64,000 bases of DNA from an uncultured Nitrososphaerales archaeon. GTDB lineage: Archaea; Thermoproteota; Nitrososphaeria; Nitrososphaerales; Nitrososphaeraceae. This document shows positions 54,479-64,000 of this stretch, piece by piece. Position 1 is the stretch's first letter. Each line of letters opens with the position of its first letter. A program made the position numbers and the translations under genes. The notes below the pieces were generated by a model. The model ran no database searches, was not told the origin of the DNA, and saw nothing but the letters and a program-made list of their open reading frames with translations. Location of the stretch: positions 1,728,001-1,792,000 of the forward strand of contig CAVOHZ010000010.1 in assembly GCA_963695855.1 (NCBI GenBank), in the 5' to 3' direction.

Positions 54479-54661
54479 TTAAATAACACAATCATTAACA
54501 CTTTCAAAGCTCTCCCGTGCTAAAGTATATAATCCTAAAGCATGAGAAAGATTTCCATTATTTTTTAAAAGTATCAATGCGTCCTCTGCAAGCGTATTGG
54601 CTTTTTTAAGACAAAGTTCTATTCCTACATCTATAGCAGAGACAGTAAGGTATAGACACAT
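54479..54661 (-). pseudogene. AbiV/HEPN-like N-terminal fragment
   Basis: CLKKANTLAEDALILL...HALGLYTLARE. Confidence 0.55.
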
Positions 54662-54704
54662 AACATAATGAAGAATATGTTAAGAAATTATATTCTTTGT
54701 CTAC

Positions 54705-55190
54705 TTACCTAGCGTGTCTCTGACCTATAAAAATAGGATAGTGTAAATCTTCCGGAATCTCTAGCGAATTAATTAATTGTCTGAGAGGTGCAGTTAACAA
54801 ACTTGAATTATTATTATCATAGACATTTTCTTTCTGTTGAAGAGGGAGGTATCCAATTCCAAACTTCTTGCAAATATTATTGATATGTAATTCTAACTCG
54901 TCACATAGAGCAGGTTCCCTAGTTCCAAAAATTTCATATCGATATACACCATTCTCATGCATAGAAGGAGCACAAAACATGGTATGTCTTTCACATTTCA
55001 CTTCAATTGCTGGAATCTCATTCAATGTTTCTAATCTGGTCTTATCTGGATTTCTGCCTTTTCCAGGTCGTTCAGGGTTCTAATAGATTGTTTTGCGTAA
55101 TAGTCTGATTCAGTAGTCGATCTAGTTTCAGTGCTTGAATTTGGCGTACTAGAACTGAAACATTTTTGAATGAGCTATTACCTCTGGTAT
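54705..55190 (-). pseudogene. bifunctional primase-polymerase (Prim-Pol) remnant
   Basis: IEVK....MFCAPSMHENG..YE. Confidence 0.6.
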
Positions 55191-55324
55191 TTTTATTCTC
55201 ATGTTTTCCTTACATATATTTGGTTGTCCGGAGTAATTTATAAAAAAACCAACGAATTTTTGTTTGCATTCTGTTCGTCAGTGTTGCAAGGTACTCATAA
55301 TTTTTAAATAGCACTATAAGTAGC

Positions 55325-56170
55325 GTGTTATTAATGTTACATAATTTTGTTTCATTAGTTGTTGTTGTTGTTGTTGTTGTTGCATCAATCTTTCTAGTTA
55401 TTATAGTAACCTCTAATCATATATCTGCACAACCTATGAGTACCTTACAACAGAATATTAATGCAATCTATGCAGTAAGCATAGTTCCTGGTGCAGCAGA
55501 AAAAAATAATACTTATCATTACTATCCACCATTTATTGCTGTACCTCTGGGAACGACTGTTGCTTGGTTCAACAGCGATTATGGACAGCCGCATACTGTA
55601 ACTAGCGTTGCTATAGGCGATGCTCCTTCTGGTTCTATATTTAACTCTGGTATTATGCCTGCAACTGCTAATTCATTCTTTCAATATACGTTTTCAAAAA
55701 CTGGAGATATTCTATACCACTGTGAAATTCATCCATGGCGACTAGGAAAGGTCTCTACAAATAACGTATATGAAATAGGACATAATTTTCAAATTTCTTA
55801 TGGTGCAGGGGCTTCATGGGATTTAACAAAGTATCCTAGGTCACTTATGATTATCAAACCAACTACTGTTCCCCTAGATAAAAAAACTGCAATTTCCTAT
55901 AATATTACTATCCAGGATAGCGAAGCTAAAACATTATTCTCAAATAACTATAATACAATAGGGGATAGTCTCCCGATAGAATTAATCTCTGGTGGGAATG
56001 AAACGAGTTCATATGGTCCAGATTTTAGTAGTACTGGTGCATATCATGTTCTAGCAGGATTTCTAGAGAACGGTAAAGCCTATAAAATGACATCTGAAAT
56101 TAGTTCTATAAATTACCAAAAACCAGATTCTAGAATAATAGACGAGTTTATTTTTAAAACCGTCTCTTAA
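55325..56170 (+). CDS. secreted plastocyanin/cupredoxin-domain protein
   Basis: GTTVAWFN.D..PHTVTS, FNSG, YHCEIHPW. Confidence 0.88.
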   Translation: MLLMLHNFVSLVVVVVVVVASIFLVIIVTSNHISAQPMSTLQQNINAIYAVSIVPGAAEKNNTYHYYPPFIAVPLGTTVAWFNSDYGQPHTVTSVAIGDAPSGSIFNSGIMPATANSFFQYTFSKTGDILYHCEIHPWRLGKVSTNNVYEIGHNFQISYGAGASWDLTKYPRSLMIIKPTTVPLDKKTAISYNITIQDSEAKTLFSNNYNTIGDSLPIELISGGNETSSYGPDFSSTGAYHVLAGFLENGKAYKMTSEISSINYQKPDSRIIDEFIFKTVS

Positions 56171-56458
56171 TATTTTTATTTTATCTATCTATATCGTTGG
56201 TTATATCATTTCTTCTGCAAAATAATACAATCACGTTAAAATATTTTTAAATGCTTTACATGCTAATTAGTTGAGGCCGGGTCATAATTATTCCATTTTC
56301 ATAACGAATAAAATGATTGATGTAGGGATTACTATGAATGAACCTGTGGAAACGGGCTCTGAAATTTATGCTTGTGTCATTCAATTAGGAAGCAGTAGTT
56401 CTATTGAATGTAATATAGCATATGCAAGTGCTACAGCATCAGGAGAACCACAAAGGGG

Positions 56459-56592
56459 ACCCAGATTCAAAAGACATGAGCAATTCATTAAATATTACAA
56501 TAATAAAAGAGTACATATGTCATTGAACTAGATGACATCAAAACAAGTGTATTCTAGTAGGAGAGGTGTAACACATGTGGTGGGATAGTATA
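56459..56592 (+). mobile_element. right-end remnant of the same IS481
   Basis: matches 5126-5252 including the terminal repeat GTAACACATGTGGTGGGATA. Confidence 0.85.
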
Positions 56593-56626
56593 CCTACATT
56601 TTGCTTAACTTAATAGAACCCTATAT

Positions 56627-56980
56627 TCATAGTGCTAATTCATTTTTCTTACCAGTTCCAATATCATAGGCTTCAAAAACATCATATACAAAAATCTTTC
56701 CGTCTGAGACGGATCCAGTTGTCAATTCAGATAAAAGTTTATCGATAATAGCCATTACCATATCATCATCGACCAGAACTTCTATTTTAGTACGTGTTCC
56801 AAATTTTGGAGTATACTTCATAACTCCTGTTCCTACCGGTATAGGTTTCGATTTAGTTTTTCCTCTTCCATTAACATGATAAAATGACATACCCCCTACC
56901 TCAAACTCTTCTAAAACCGCGTCAGCACGTTCTAATCGCTCATGTGGTATTATGATTTCTATCCTTTTCATAATTTGCAT
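56627..56980 (-). CDS. glnB: P-II family nitrogen regulatory protein
   Basis: MKRIEIII, V.GRGK T-loop, KIEVLV, GSVSDGKIFV. Confidence 0.9.
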   Translation of the reverse strand: MQIMKRIEIIIPHERLERADAVLEEFEVGGMSFYHVNGRGKTKSKPIPVGTGVMKYTPKFGTRTKIEVLVDDDMVMAIIDKLLSELTTGSVSDGKIFVYDVFEAYDIGTGKKNELAL

Positions 56981-57174
56981 ATAGATTTCTTGGTATAATA
57001 AAATTAAGAGTACAATGAACCTTACTGCATAAACTAAGAGCCTATTTTGAAAATAGATAAGAATTAGCTCATTGGTCTCCTATCATATCTGATAATGTTT
57101 GAGTAAGAATAAAAAATAGTAGATATAATTAGTTCAAAATAGCAATTATAAAAAATAGCACCAACCATATTTTA

Positions 57175-58621
57175 TTATTCACTGGTGACGAATTTAACTC
57201 CTTTCAACAGCAAACGGAGTGCGTCCAGGTCATCGTTGTGGATACTCACATTTTTGTCAAGGTTCCATTCATTAGCATAGGCAGTCTTTAGTGACAGAAT
57301 TAACTTATCAAATTTGGATGGTATAGCAAGTTTCTGTTTTGTTAAAAGTTGATATGTGTGTTCCAGCATTTGTTTATGTTCTTTTGCAAAGGATACAGGC
57401 ATTATAAAGTTGGATTCAGGACTCACGTTCTCAGAGCGGTCCCAATCTAAACTCTCAGCGAATTTGGATTTACATTCATTAACAGCAGCCCGGTTACTTC
57501 CATCCACAAACCACCATAGATTAGGGATTTCAGTATGAAGTTGAAATATACGATCACCTATTACAGAAGGAGTTGTTTTTGTCATATTGCTCGCCAAGGA
57601 CGATTTTAACTATTTCATTTTCTGTATCTAATTCTGCAATGTATATAGTTGTAATGGATGTAGAGAAGCCAAAATCGATCCCGCCGATATGGAGACAGTA
57701 ATTATTTAATGGTAAATCCTTGTATTTTTCCCCTAGTTGTACAGCCCTCTCTATGTCTTCAATTGCAAAAACGTTCCCAATTTTTCCTAAATATTTTAAA
57801 TCATATTCTTTATCAAATGAAGGACTTTGCTTTGCTCTCTCTATATCTTCCGTACTGTATATCTTGTTTAGGCCATATCTATAATCTAGTTTGATTCTTT
57901 TGTACAGACATATATCTTCCAGTTCCTGTTCTATCGTTTGCATTAATCCCCCAGGTGCGTTAGGTGTTGATACCATTACTATGAAGGGATTTGATTTACC
58001 AATGTATCTCTCTGCTACGGCCCTGACGTCTTCCTGTTCATTCTTGCGAAAGAAATCGCATTCGTCCAGGTAGATAAATTTGGGATTGTCCAGACTTCTA
58101 AAACTGTCAATATGATTTGAAGGATATGCTTCTATCCTACATTTGTTAAGTTCTAATACAGTTTCTTTAGTATCAAAGCTTACGTTATTGAATCTATTCA
58201 TAAACATATTTTTCATACGCTTTACTAACTTGATTGCCAAGTCTATGTTAGGACCTGTAACAATAACAAACTGTGAATCCTGGTAAGTATTATCTCGTAA
58301 TGCAAGATAACACATGTATCTTAGAAATAATTCCGAAATACCAAGTCCCGTACTTTTGAGAATCCATAGACACTTATCATATTCTAATGAATCTAGAACA
58401 ATCTTTTCATAATCAAATAATGGTTTCTCTATTGCGTCCTTAGCAGGTAGGCCTATAATGTGATTGAAACAACAATTACCATTAGTTGCGATATCTTCGT
58501 TTCTGTGTTCTATTACGTCCCATATCCAGAACGGTTTATCCTTGAATATCTGGAACTCAGAATATTGTGTTTGTTGTTGACTGTTCTGTCCTATTAGTCT
58601 CTGTAAATCCTTCCAACCCAT
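57175..58621 (-). pseudogene. terminase large subunit with a single +1 frameshift at about 57578
   Basis: KSTGLGISE, YLDE, VSTPN, GGIDFG, VDGSN, DDLDA; T5 run versus T4 in the paralogue. Confidence 0.85.
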
Positions 58622-59054
58622 TACTATTATTATTTTTACTCTCTTTAGATAATTTGTTTTTTTGTACTTCTACGAATTTAATAGAATCCTGCAGTAATGA
58701 AGCATTAGTTAATAACTCCATTTTAGTTGAATAACATTCTTTAATCAATGCCAACGATTGAAGTTTCTCTTTTGTATCACCCGTCTTATCTGCCTTTGTT
58801 GCAATTATCCACGATTCTTTAATTATTTCTTCCAATCCCTGCAGACATTTGTTATACTCGTATGGTAACCGGTCCTCTATGTGGTTCTTAATTGTCTTTA
58901 TTGATTCGTCTTTCAAATAAGATATATCCCTGCAAACAGCGGACTTGTCTACCTGCAACATTCTGCAGATTTCAGATTGTGAGAATCCCTTAACTGCTAA
59001 CTCCTGTACCTTATTCCTTCTCCATTCCAGTTGTTCCGTTTTTGTATTTGTCAT
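58557..59054 (-). CDS. putative terminase small subunit (HTH)
   Basis: WRRNKVQELAVKGFSQSEICRMLQVDKSAVCRDI; overlaps the TerL start. Confidence 0.7.
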   Translation of the reverse strand: MTNTKTEQLEWRRNKVQELAVKGFSQSEICRMLQVDKSAVCRDISYLKDESIKTIKNHIEDRLPYEYNKCLQGLEEIIKESWIIATKADKTGDTKEKLQSLALIKECYSTKMELLTNASLLQDSIKFVEVQKNKLSKESKNNNSNGLEGFTETNRTEQSTTNTIF

Positions 59055-59208
59055 TCTTAGTTTTTCCTTCTCAATATTTATTTAGTCTCATTTACTTTTG
59101 TCCTTTTCGTGTCTTTATACTTTTTGAAACTACGCCAAATCTTAGTTGCAATAACAACTGTTGTAATCTCTACAGCTAAAATAGTGCATAATAAAAGATT
59201 TTCAAATG

Positions 59209-60501
59209 TTACCATTCTAGTTTCTTCCTTTCCTCCATTGATATTCTCTTTTTTGCTGTCTCAAATTTTTCTTTGTTTATCTCTATACCTACGAACTTTC
59301 TATTCAATCTTAATGCAGCCACTCCATTAGTGCCTGATCCCATCATCGGGTCCAATATCGTAAGATTTTCCAAAGTTAAATTTTTGATAATATATTCTGC
59401 TTCTGTTGTAGACTGTTCCCATGGATGTAGGGCCTTATCCATCTGTGGACGTGTGGATTCAATAAAGTCGCCCATTGTACTAGACATTACCGACTCGTTA
59501 GGTCCACCTCCTTTCACATACCATAACATAGGCTTCCATTCTGCAAATATGTGTCTTGCATGCACCTTTGAATGATTTCCAGAATGTTTAACACAAAAAA
59601 TCCACCAGTACTTTAGATTGTCAGTATTATCGCCAATTATCTGTATAACTTTCTCAAGAATTAAATGGCCTGTAAAAAAGACCAGACTACCCCCTGGCTT
59701 GAGTAATCTATCAGCTAACCAGCCTAGAGCTTCATAAATGCCAAGTGCTTCATAACTGTAAGGCGGATCCGTAAGAATTAGGTCTATAGTGTTATCCTGT
59801 ATCTCATTCTTTGCTATTTCCATGAAGTCTCCATGAATTAGCCTATAATTCTGGTTATTGTTATTACTTGATTCACTAATACCGATATTAGACAAAAATT
59901 CCTGTCGCTTCCTATCCTTTCTAATCTTCTCGTATTCTTTATTTATTGTGCTTTTACCTTTCCATAATCTTTTTAATTGTTCTTCCGTTCCGTATTCTCT
60001 AACTTTCTTATAACGTATGTAGGTACTCGGAGAAAGTCCTATTGTTTTAGATATTATTTCAGACGTTTTACCCTTGTCGTTGTCGTTAGTGTCATTTGGC
60101 ACTAACGACGAGATTATTATTTTGTTCTTTACATTTCGTAATTTTGATAACTGTCTTATTCTTGCTTTCTCGCTTTCTATATTCTCAAGTTCAAATCCGA
60201 GTTCTGCTTTTTGTGCTGCGTTTAACTGTCTTCTCTGTAGGTTAATTTCAATAACAAATTTTTTCTCTTCTAACTTGTTATCAGATTTCCTAATCTCATA
60301 TGGTGGTTCGATACCTTCTTCTTTACCTATATCGAATCTGTTATGTCCGTCCAGAATTTCCCTGTTCTCATTTACTATTATAGGACGATAAAATCCATTT
60401 TCCTTTATTGACTTTCTTAATGCTTCCTTTTCTGCAGGTAACAAAGCAGGAACCAGTTTTTCATATTCTGGATTTTTTCTGATTTCTAAATTAATTGTCA
60501 T
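59209..60501 (-). CDS. ParB-like N-terminal domain fused to an N4/N6 DNA methyltransferase
   Basis: SIKENG...ILDGHNR; TDPPY; LDPMMGSG; GIEI. Confidence 0.9.
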   Translation of the reverse strand: MTINLEIRKNPEYEKLVPALLPAEKEALRKSIKENGFYRPIIVNENREILDGHNRFDIGKEEGIEPPYEIRKSDNKLEEKKFVIEINLQRRQLNAAQKAELGFELENIESEKARIRQLSKLRNVKNKIIISSLVPNDTNDNDKGKTSEIISKTIGLSPSTYIRYKKVREYGTEEQLKRLWKGKSTINKEYEKIRKDRKRQEFLSNIGISESSNNNNQNYRLIHGDFMEIAKNEIQDNTIDLILTDPPYSYEALGIYEALGWLADRLLKPGGSLVFFTGHLILEKVIQIIGDNTDNLKYWWIFCVKHSGNHSKVHARHIFAEWKPMLWYVKGGGPNESVMSSTMGDFIESTRPQMDKALHPWEQSTTEAEYIIKNLTLENLTILDPMMGSGTNGVAALRLNRKFVGIEINKEKFETAKKRISMEERKKLEW

Positions 60502-60504
60502 TAT

Positions 60505-61590
60505 CTAAAAAAACTCCTTCATGTTTTGGTTATTGACCAGTATAGAGTACAAATTACTATGATTGGATTTTATCTTCTCCCTGGACATGGGTCCGTACTG
60601 TTTGCTGTGTGCATATTTTATTGCGAGATTGATTCTGTAGGTAAAATTACTATCTAGTTTCCTGATTTTATCGCATTTATCCAACCATTGTTTAATTAAA
60701 TTAAATGATTCTTCAAATGACAAACCTTTTACTTTGACAAGATAACGTGAGAGAATTAGATCCGTTACTAGCTTCCTGCAGTCTTCTATTCCCGTCTCCA
60801 GTAATTTATCGATCCATTCATAATATTTTGAGTCAAAATTATTATTTGGATTTTGTTTACGATTCTGCTGTTCTATACTGCATCTAATTATTAACTGGTC
60901 GATTTCATTCCTTTTCAATTGATTTAGGAATTCTAAAACTAATGATTTGGGTACTCTCTGCCTTTTACCATTCCACTTTTGCAGTATCTTTACTTTGCCG
61001 GTACTTCCATTCTTTGAGTTTATGGTGTTCGGTACTCTCAACAAGCAGGACCTAAACCCTGGAAAATTACCTTTGTCCGCATTGTTATCCGATAGGAAAT
61101 CTTTACAGAATCTCAGAAATTGTTCAGAAGGTTTATCGTAATCGTCAAAATCTGGAACATATTCTAAGGCCTTGGGAAAGTCTAACGGTTGTATCACATG
61201 GTAACCCCTTCCACTCCATAAAACGGTAGGAGTTGCAGTTTTGTCTTTTAGAAATAGCTGAATGTTAGATAGAGTCTTCGATAGTGCAGAATCCAAACCC
61301 ATTCTAGAATAAAAGTTTTCAAGATCTAGATCGATAAACAAAATGTCAGGCTTCCAGGATAAACCAAAATCCAAATAGGAAAAGTAAAAGGAGTTAATTC
61401 TGCAGTCGGTAAACTGAGAACGTTCAAAGAAGTATAATGCTTCTTCTTTTGAATTAACCTGTTTTTGTTTTGTCTTGGGTGTCATTATTGTTCTTGGGAA
61501 TTGTGGACCCGTTAAGTGCGATAATATGAATTCCAACCCTTCTTTTATTTCCGTAGGTGCTGCAGTCATTGTTATCTGGTGGTGAGTCAT
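60505..61590 (-). CDS. archaeo-eukaryotic primase with PriX-like C-terminal domain
   Basis: FIDLD, SGRGYH, LLRVPNTIN; WIDKLL...EDCRK; paralogue of 38447-39601. Confidence 0.85.
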   Translation of the reverse strand: MTHHQITMTAAPTEIKEGLEFILSHLTGPQFPRTIMTPKTKQKQVNSKEEALYFFERSQFTDCRINSFYFSYLDFGLSWKPDILFIDLDLENFYSRMGLDSALSKTLSNIQLFLKDKTATPTVLWSGRGYHVIQPLDFPKALEYVPDFDDYDKPSEQFLRFCKDFLSDNNADKGNFPGFRSCLLRVPNTINSKNGSTGKVKILQKWNGKRQRVPKSLVLEFLNQLKRNEIDQLIIRCSIEQQNRKQNPNNNFDSKYYEWIDKLLETGIEDCRKLVTDLILSRYLVKVKGLSFEESFNLIKQWLDKCDKIRKLDSNFTYRINLAIKYAHSKQYGPMSREKIKSNHSNLYSILVNNQNMKEFF

Positions 61591-61629
61591 CTCCTTCCCC
61601 TTTCCTTTCTCCTGAATCCATCAGCGTCA

Positions 61630-62405
61630 AAATATAGGAAATTATTCTCTTTCAAAAAAGGGAATAATTTTTTATGTTGTTTTTTAGAATTTGTTGAAAT
61701 ATTTTTAATTAGTATATATACACTTGGGGTTTTTGTTGTAAATACTGCAGATTTAGGGGGGTCAAAAATAGTCCCCCAGAGATAGGGTATTTTAGAAAAA
61801 ATATTTTTTTGACTTTCTTGTGCGTTATTGTTAGTCAAGGGTTTCTACACTCCCTTCTTTCTCCCAGTAATTCCCCCTGAACTCTACATGTAATCCAGGT
61901 TCGAATTTTTGAGCTTCAAGTATAAAGTCCTTCGTAGGCCTGATTGGTATTAATGGGTCGTCTTTCCGGTGTACTTTGATTACATGTTCTGTGTGTGTAT
62001 CATCTGTCGAAAATGCCTTGGTACAGAAGTTACACATGTATTGGCCTTCGACGTCTTCGCCTTCTTCTTTGGGTTCTGATTCTTGTTTCTTTTCATCAGC
62101 AGCAGCTGTTTCAGCTGCATCAGCAGTTGTCTGTTCTTCTTTAATTATGTCGTCTTCGTTTCTTTCTTCAAAATAGTTTTCAGGATTGCTGTAATACTGG
62201 TTAACTAGCTGATCTACAGTTATCTCTTCATCTGCATGATTTTTTATTTTTACAAAATACCCTATCTCAGAATACCTATTTAAAATTCTGTTAAATTGGT
62301 TAACTATAAATACTTGATTGGGAAATATTGCAGAATTTACAACAATCTTCTTCATTTCTTGTGAGAAATTATTCCCTTTATCAAAAGAGAACAATTTCCT
62401 ATATT
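61630..62405. repeat. nested three-block inverted repeat (candidate origin)
   Basis: blocks 61630-72, 61733-49 and 61779-93 mirrored by 62365-405, 62329-45 and 62254-68. Confidence 0.65.
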
Positions 62406-63888
62406 CTTTCGTTTCTATGATTGGGTAATAAATATTATTTCGTTTGTCTATCTGACTCTCTAGCTTATCGATATAACCATTGTTGTGAAGTGGGTCAATA
62501 TACGATTTTGAGAGTTTCTTGCCGATTATGGTTTCTCCGTGTACCTGTTTATGTCTCTTTATCAGGTCCGCAGAAGTTACGGCAACCCTTACTTCTTTCA
62601 GTTCTTCGCCCCTACTATTTACTTTTGAATCTGTGACATCACATTTGCTTTGGTATGTTTTCTGAAAGACATCGTAGAACCATTCGAGTACAAAAGGCCT
62701 TACACCGTCGGAATACTCGGTTAACCAGACAGTTCTTTGTAAATCTTCAAATGTTGCAATCGGCCTTATTGATTTTGATAAAACATTATCTTCTTCACCG
62801 TCTTTGTAGACTTCAAGTCTTGGCCTATTCGAAAAATAGATACTGGGTAAGATTCCTAGATATGCATTAATTCTATTAGCTCTTGTCATATCTTCGGCTT
62901 TTACTTTTGGCAATGAACTCTTCAATAGCTCCTTAAACGGAGTTATTACGTTCTTTTTGCCTGGTTTTATGTTCTCATTGATATGTAGTATCTGTTCTTT
63001 CAAACCCTGGATTATGTCCCTTGCAATGTCTTTTTCTTTGTCACTCACTACGTCGGCCTGATAGATTTCATCAGGAACAGAACCCATATCGCAAATATGG
63101 TTCACTGCGTCGTTAAATTTGTCCAGCGACATAGCGGGGTTTGTTGTGATAAACCTTCTTTGAATTTCATTGTATCTTGGCGAATCGCTATAATCTAATG
63201 CCTGTGCAATAATGACAACAGGCCACCCCCTTAACACGTTGGTTTGTGTCGTGATACCGTTATGCGTATCCGTGTATTCGTATTGGATTTCGTATTCGTC
63301 ATGACTCAACAAAGGTAACATTTGAATAATCAATCGTTCCGGCGGGGTATCGAGAAACACCAGGATTTTATTTTCTAAATCTATAAGTTTCTTAGAATTC
63401 TTCAGTAAATCGCGTCTTGCCTTTTCAAGTTCCTTTATTTTACTCTTTAAATCCTGTTTTACTTCTTTATCTTTCTCTAATGATAATTCGCTTTCTTTGT
63501 CGAAAATAGCATCATTCAATGCACTTAATTTCTCTTCTATAGACTCGTGTTGTTCAGTCTCTTCATTCCATACAACAAGCTCGCCTTTTCTATGAAATAA
63601 TGCCTTTTCTGTCATTCCTGAAAGGACTGAAATATCCGATTTTGGAAATACTGCAGCGACCTTGTTTATGACGTAGTTTTTGCCTACTCCACTGGGTGCA
63701 TTGATTAGTAAGTTAATGGGATTCTTGCTGTAGGCCGATAATTTTGTTATTAATAGTTGGTTAGTTAATCTATTCTCTCTTTTTGCTTCTAATAATACTA
63801 TTTTAGTGACGTAATCCAGTTCGTTTAATTGTAGACTTTCAGAAGGCATATTATTGTCTGCGGCGGCAGCGGTGTTCTGCTGTGACAT
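61831..63888 (-). CDS. P-loop ATPase, putative replicative helicase, with C-terminal C2H2 finger
   Basis: APSGVGKN Walker A, LVFLD, QRRF arginine finger; CNFC...HVIKVH. Confidence 0.75.
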   Translation of the reverse strand: MSQQNTAAAADNNMPSESLQLNELDYVTKIVLLEAKRENRLTNQLLITKLSAYSKNPINLLINAPSGVGKNYVINKVAAVFPKSDISVLSGMTEKALFHRKGELVVWNEETEQHESIEEKLSALNDAIFDKESELSLEKDKEVKQDLKSKIKELEKARRDLLKNSKKLIDLENKILVFLDTPPERLIIQMLPLLSHDEYEIQYEYTDTHNGITTQTNVLRGWPVVIIAQALDYSDSPRYNEIQRRFITTNPAMSLDKFNDAVNHICDMGSVPDEIYQADVVSDKEKDIARDIIQGLKEQILHINENIKPGKKNVITPFKELLKSSLPKVKAEDMTRANRINAYLGILPSIYFSNRPRLEVYKDGEEDNVLSKSIRPIATFEDLQRTVWLTEYSDGVRPFVLEWFYDVFQKTYQSKCDVTDSKVNSRGEELKEVRVAVTSADLIKRHKQVHGETIIGKKLSKSYIDPLHNNGYIDKLESQIDKRNNIYYPIIETKEYRKLFSFDKGNNFSQEMKKIVVNSAIFPNQVFIVNQFNRILNRYSEIGYFVKIKNHADEEITVDQLVNQYYSNPENYFEERNEDDIIKEEQTTADAAETAAADEKKQESEPKEEGEDVEGQYMCNFCTKAFSTDDTHTEHVIKVHRKDDPLIPIRPTKDFILEAQKFEPGLHVEFRGNYWEKEGSVETLD

Positions 63889-64000
63889 AGCTAGACAGCA
63901 TTACACCTTCCCGTAGGTAATGTAATGAGTGTACAAACTGGACGGGAAGGGATAGAAGCAAAAACCCTGAAATTGCGGTATTTTCTTCCATTTTTCATGG

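Larger units (their letters stand above)
45056..64000 (-). mobile_element. integrative element B (helicase-like ATPase, primase, ParB-MTase, TerS/TerL, cargo, secreted paralogue array); continues past the window
   Basis: same gene order as element A; ends at the att fragment. Confidence 0.65.

Noticed and set aside
56271-56531. 86-aa ORF as a genuine gene
   Set aside because: Chimera of a gene fragment and the IS481 transposase tail.
61587-61838. 83-aa ORF between the ATPase and primase
   Set aside because: It overlaps both neighbours like a coupled gene but coincides with the inverted-repeat boxes and has no motif; left uncalled.

Overview
Very AT-rich archaeal DNA. The gene content (conserved Zn-finger, cupredoxins, MEDS proteins, PsbP-like proteins, PriS-PriX-type primases, P-II) points to a soil ammonia-oxidising archaeon (Nitrososphaeraceae, Nitrosocosmicus-like); this assignment is an inference. 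After about 4 kb of ordinary genes the window is an accessory region full of pseudogenes, IS remnants and duplications. The main structure is two tandem, syntenic integrative elements on the - strand (about 27.2-45.1 kb and 45.1->64 kb). Both have the order P-loop helicase-like ATPase, primase, small and large terminase, cargo, then an array of paralogous secreted proteins, and neither has a recognisable capsid or portal gene. The left element also has a tyrosine integrase that starts at a tRNA 3'-end fragment. Several degenerate tRNA 3'-half (att-like) scars in the same orientation punctuate the window. The secreted paralogues share a constant N-terminus, carry shuffled C-terminal modules, and are each preceded by a conserved ~135-bp repeat containing a 6-bp-spacer palindrome and a cryptic opposite-strand reading frame. 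No intact tRNA, rRNA or CRISPR array was seen. All calls are by-eye motif recognition; no database searches were run.
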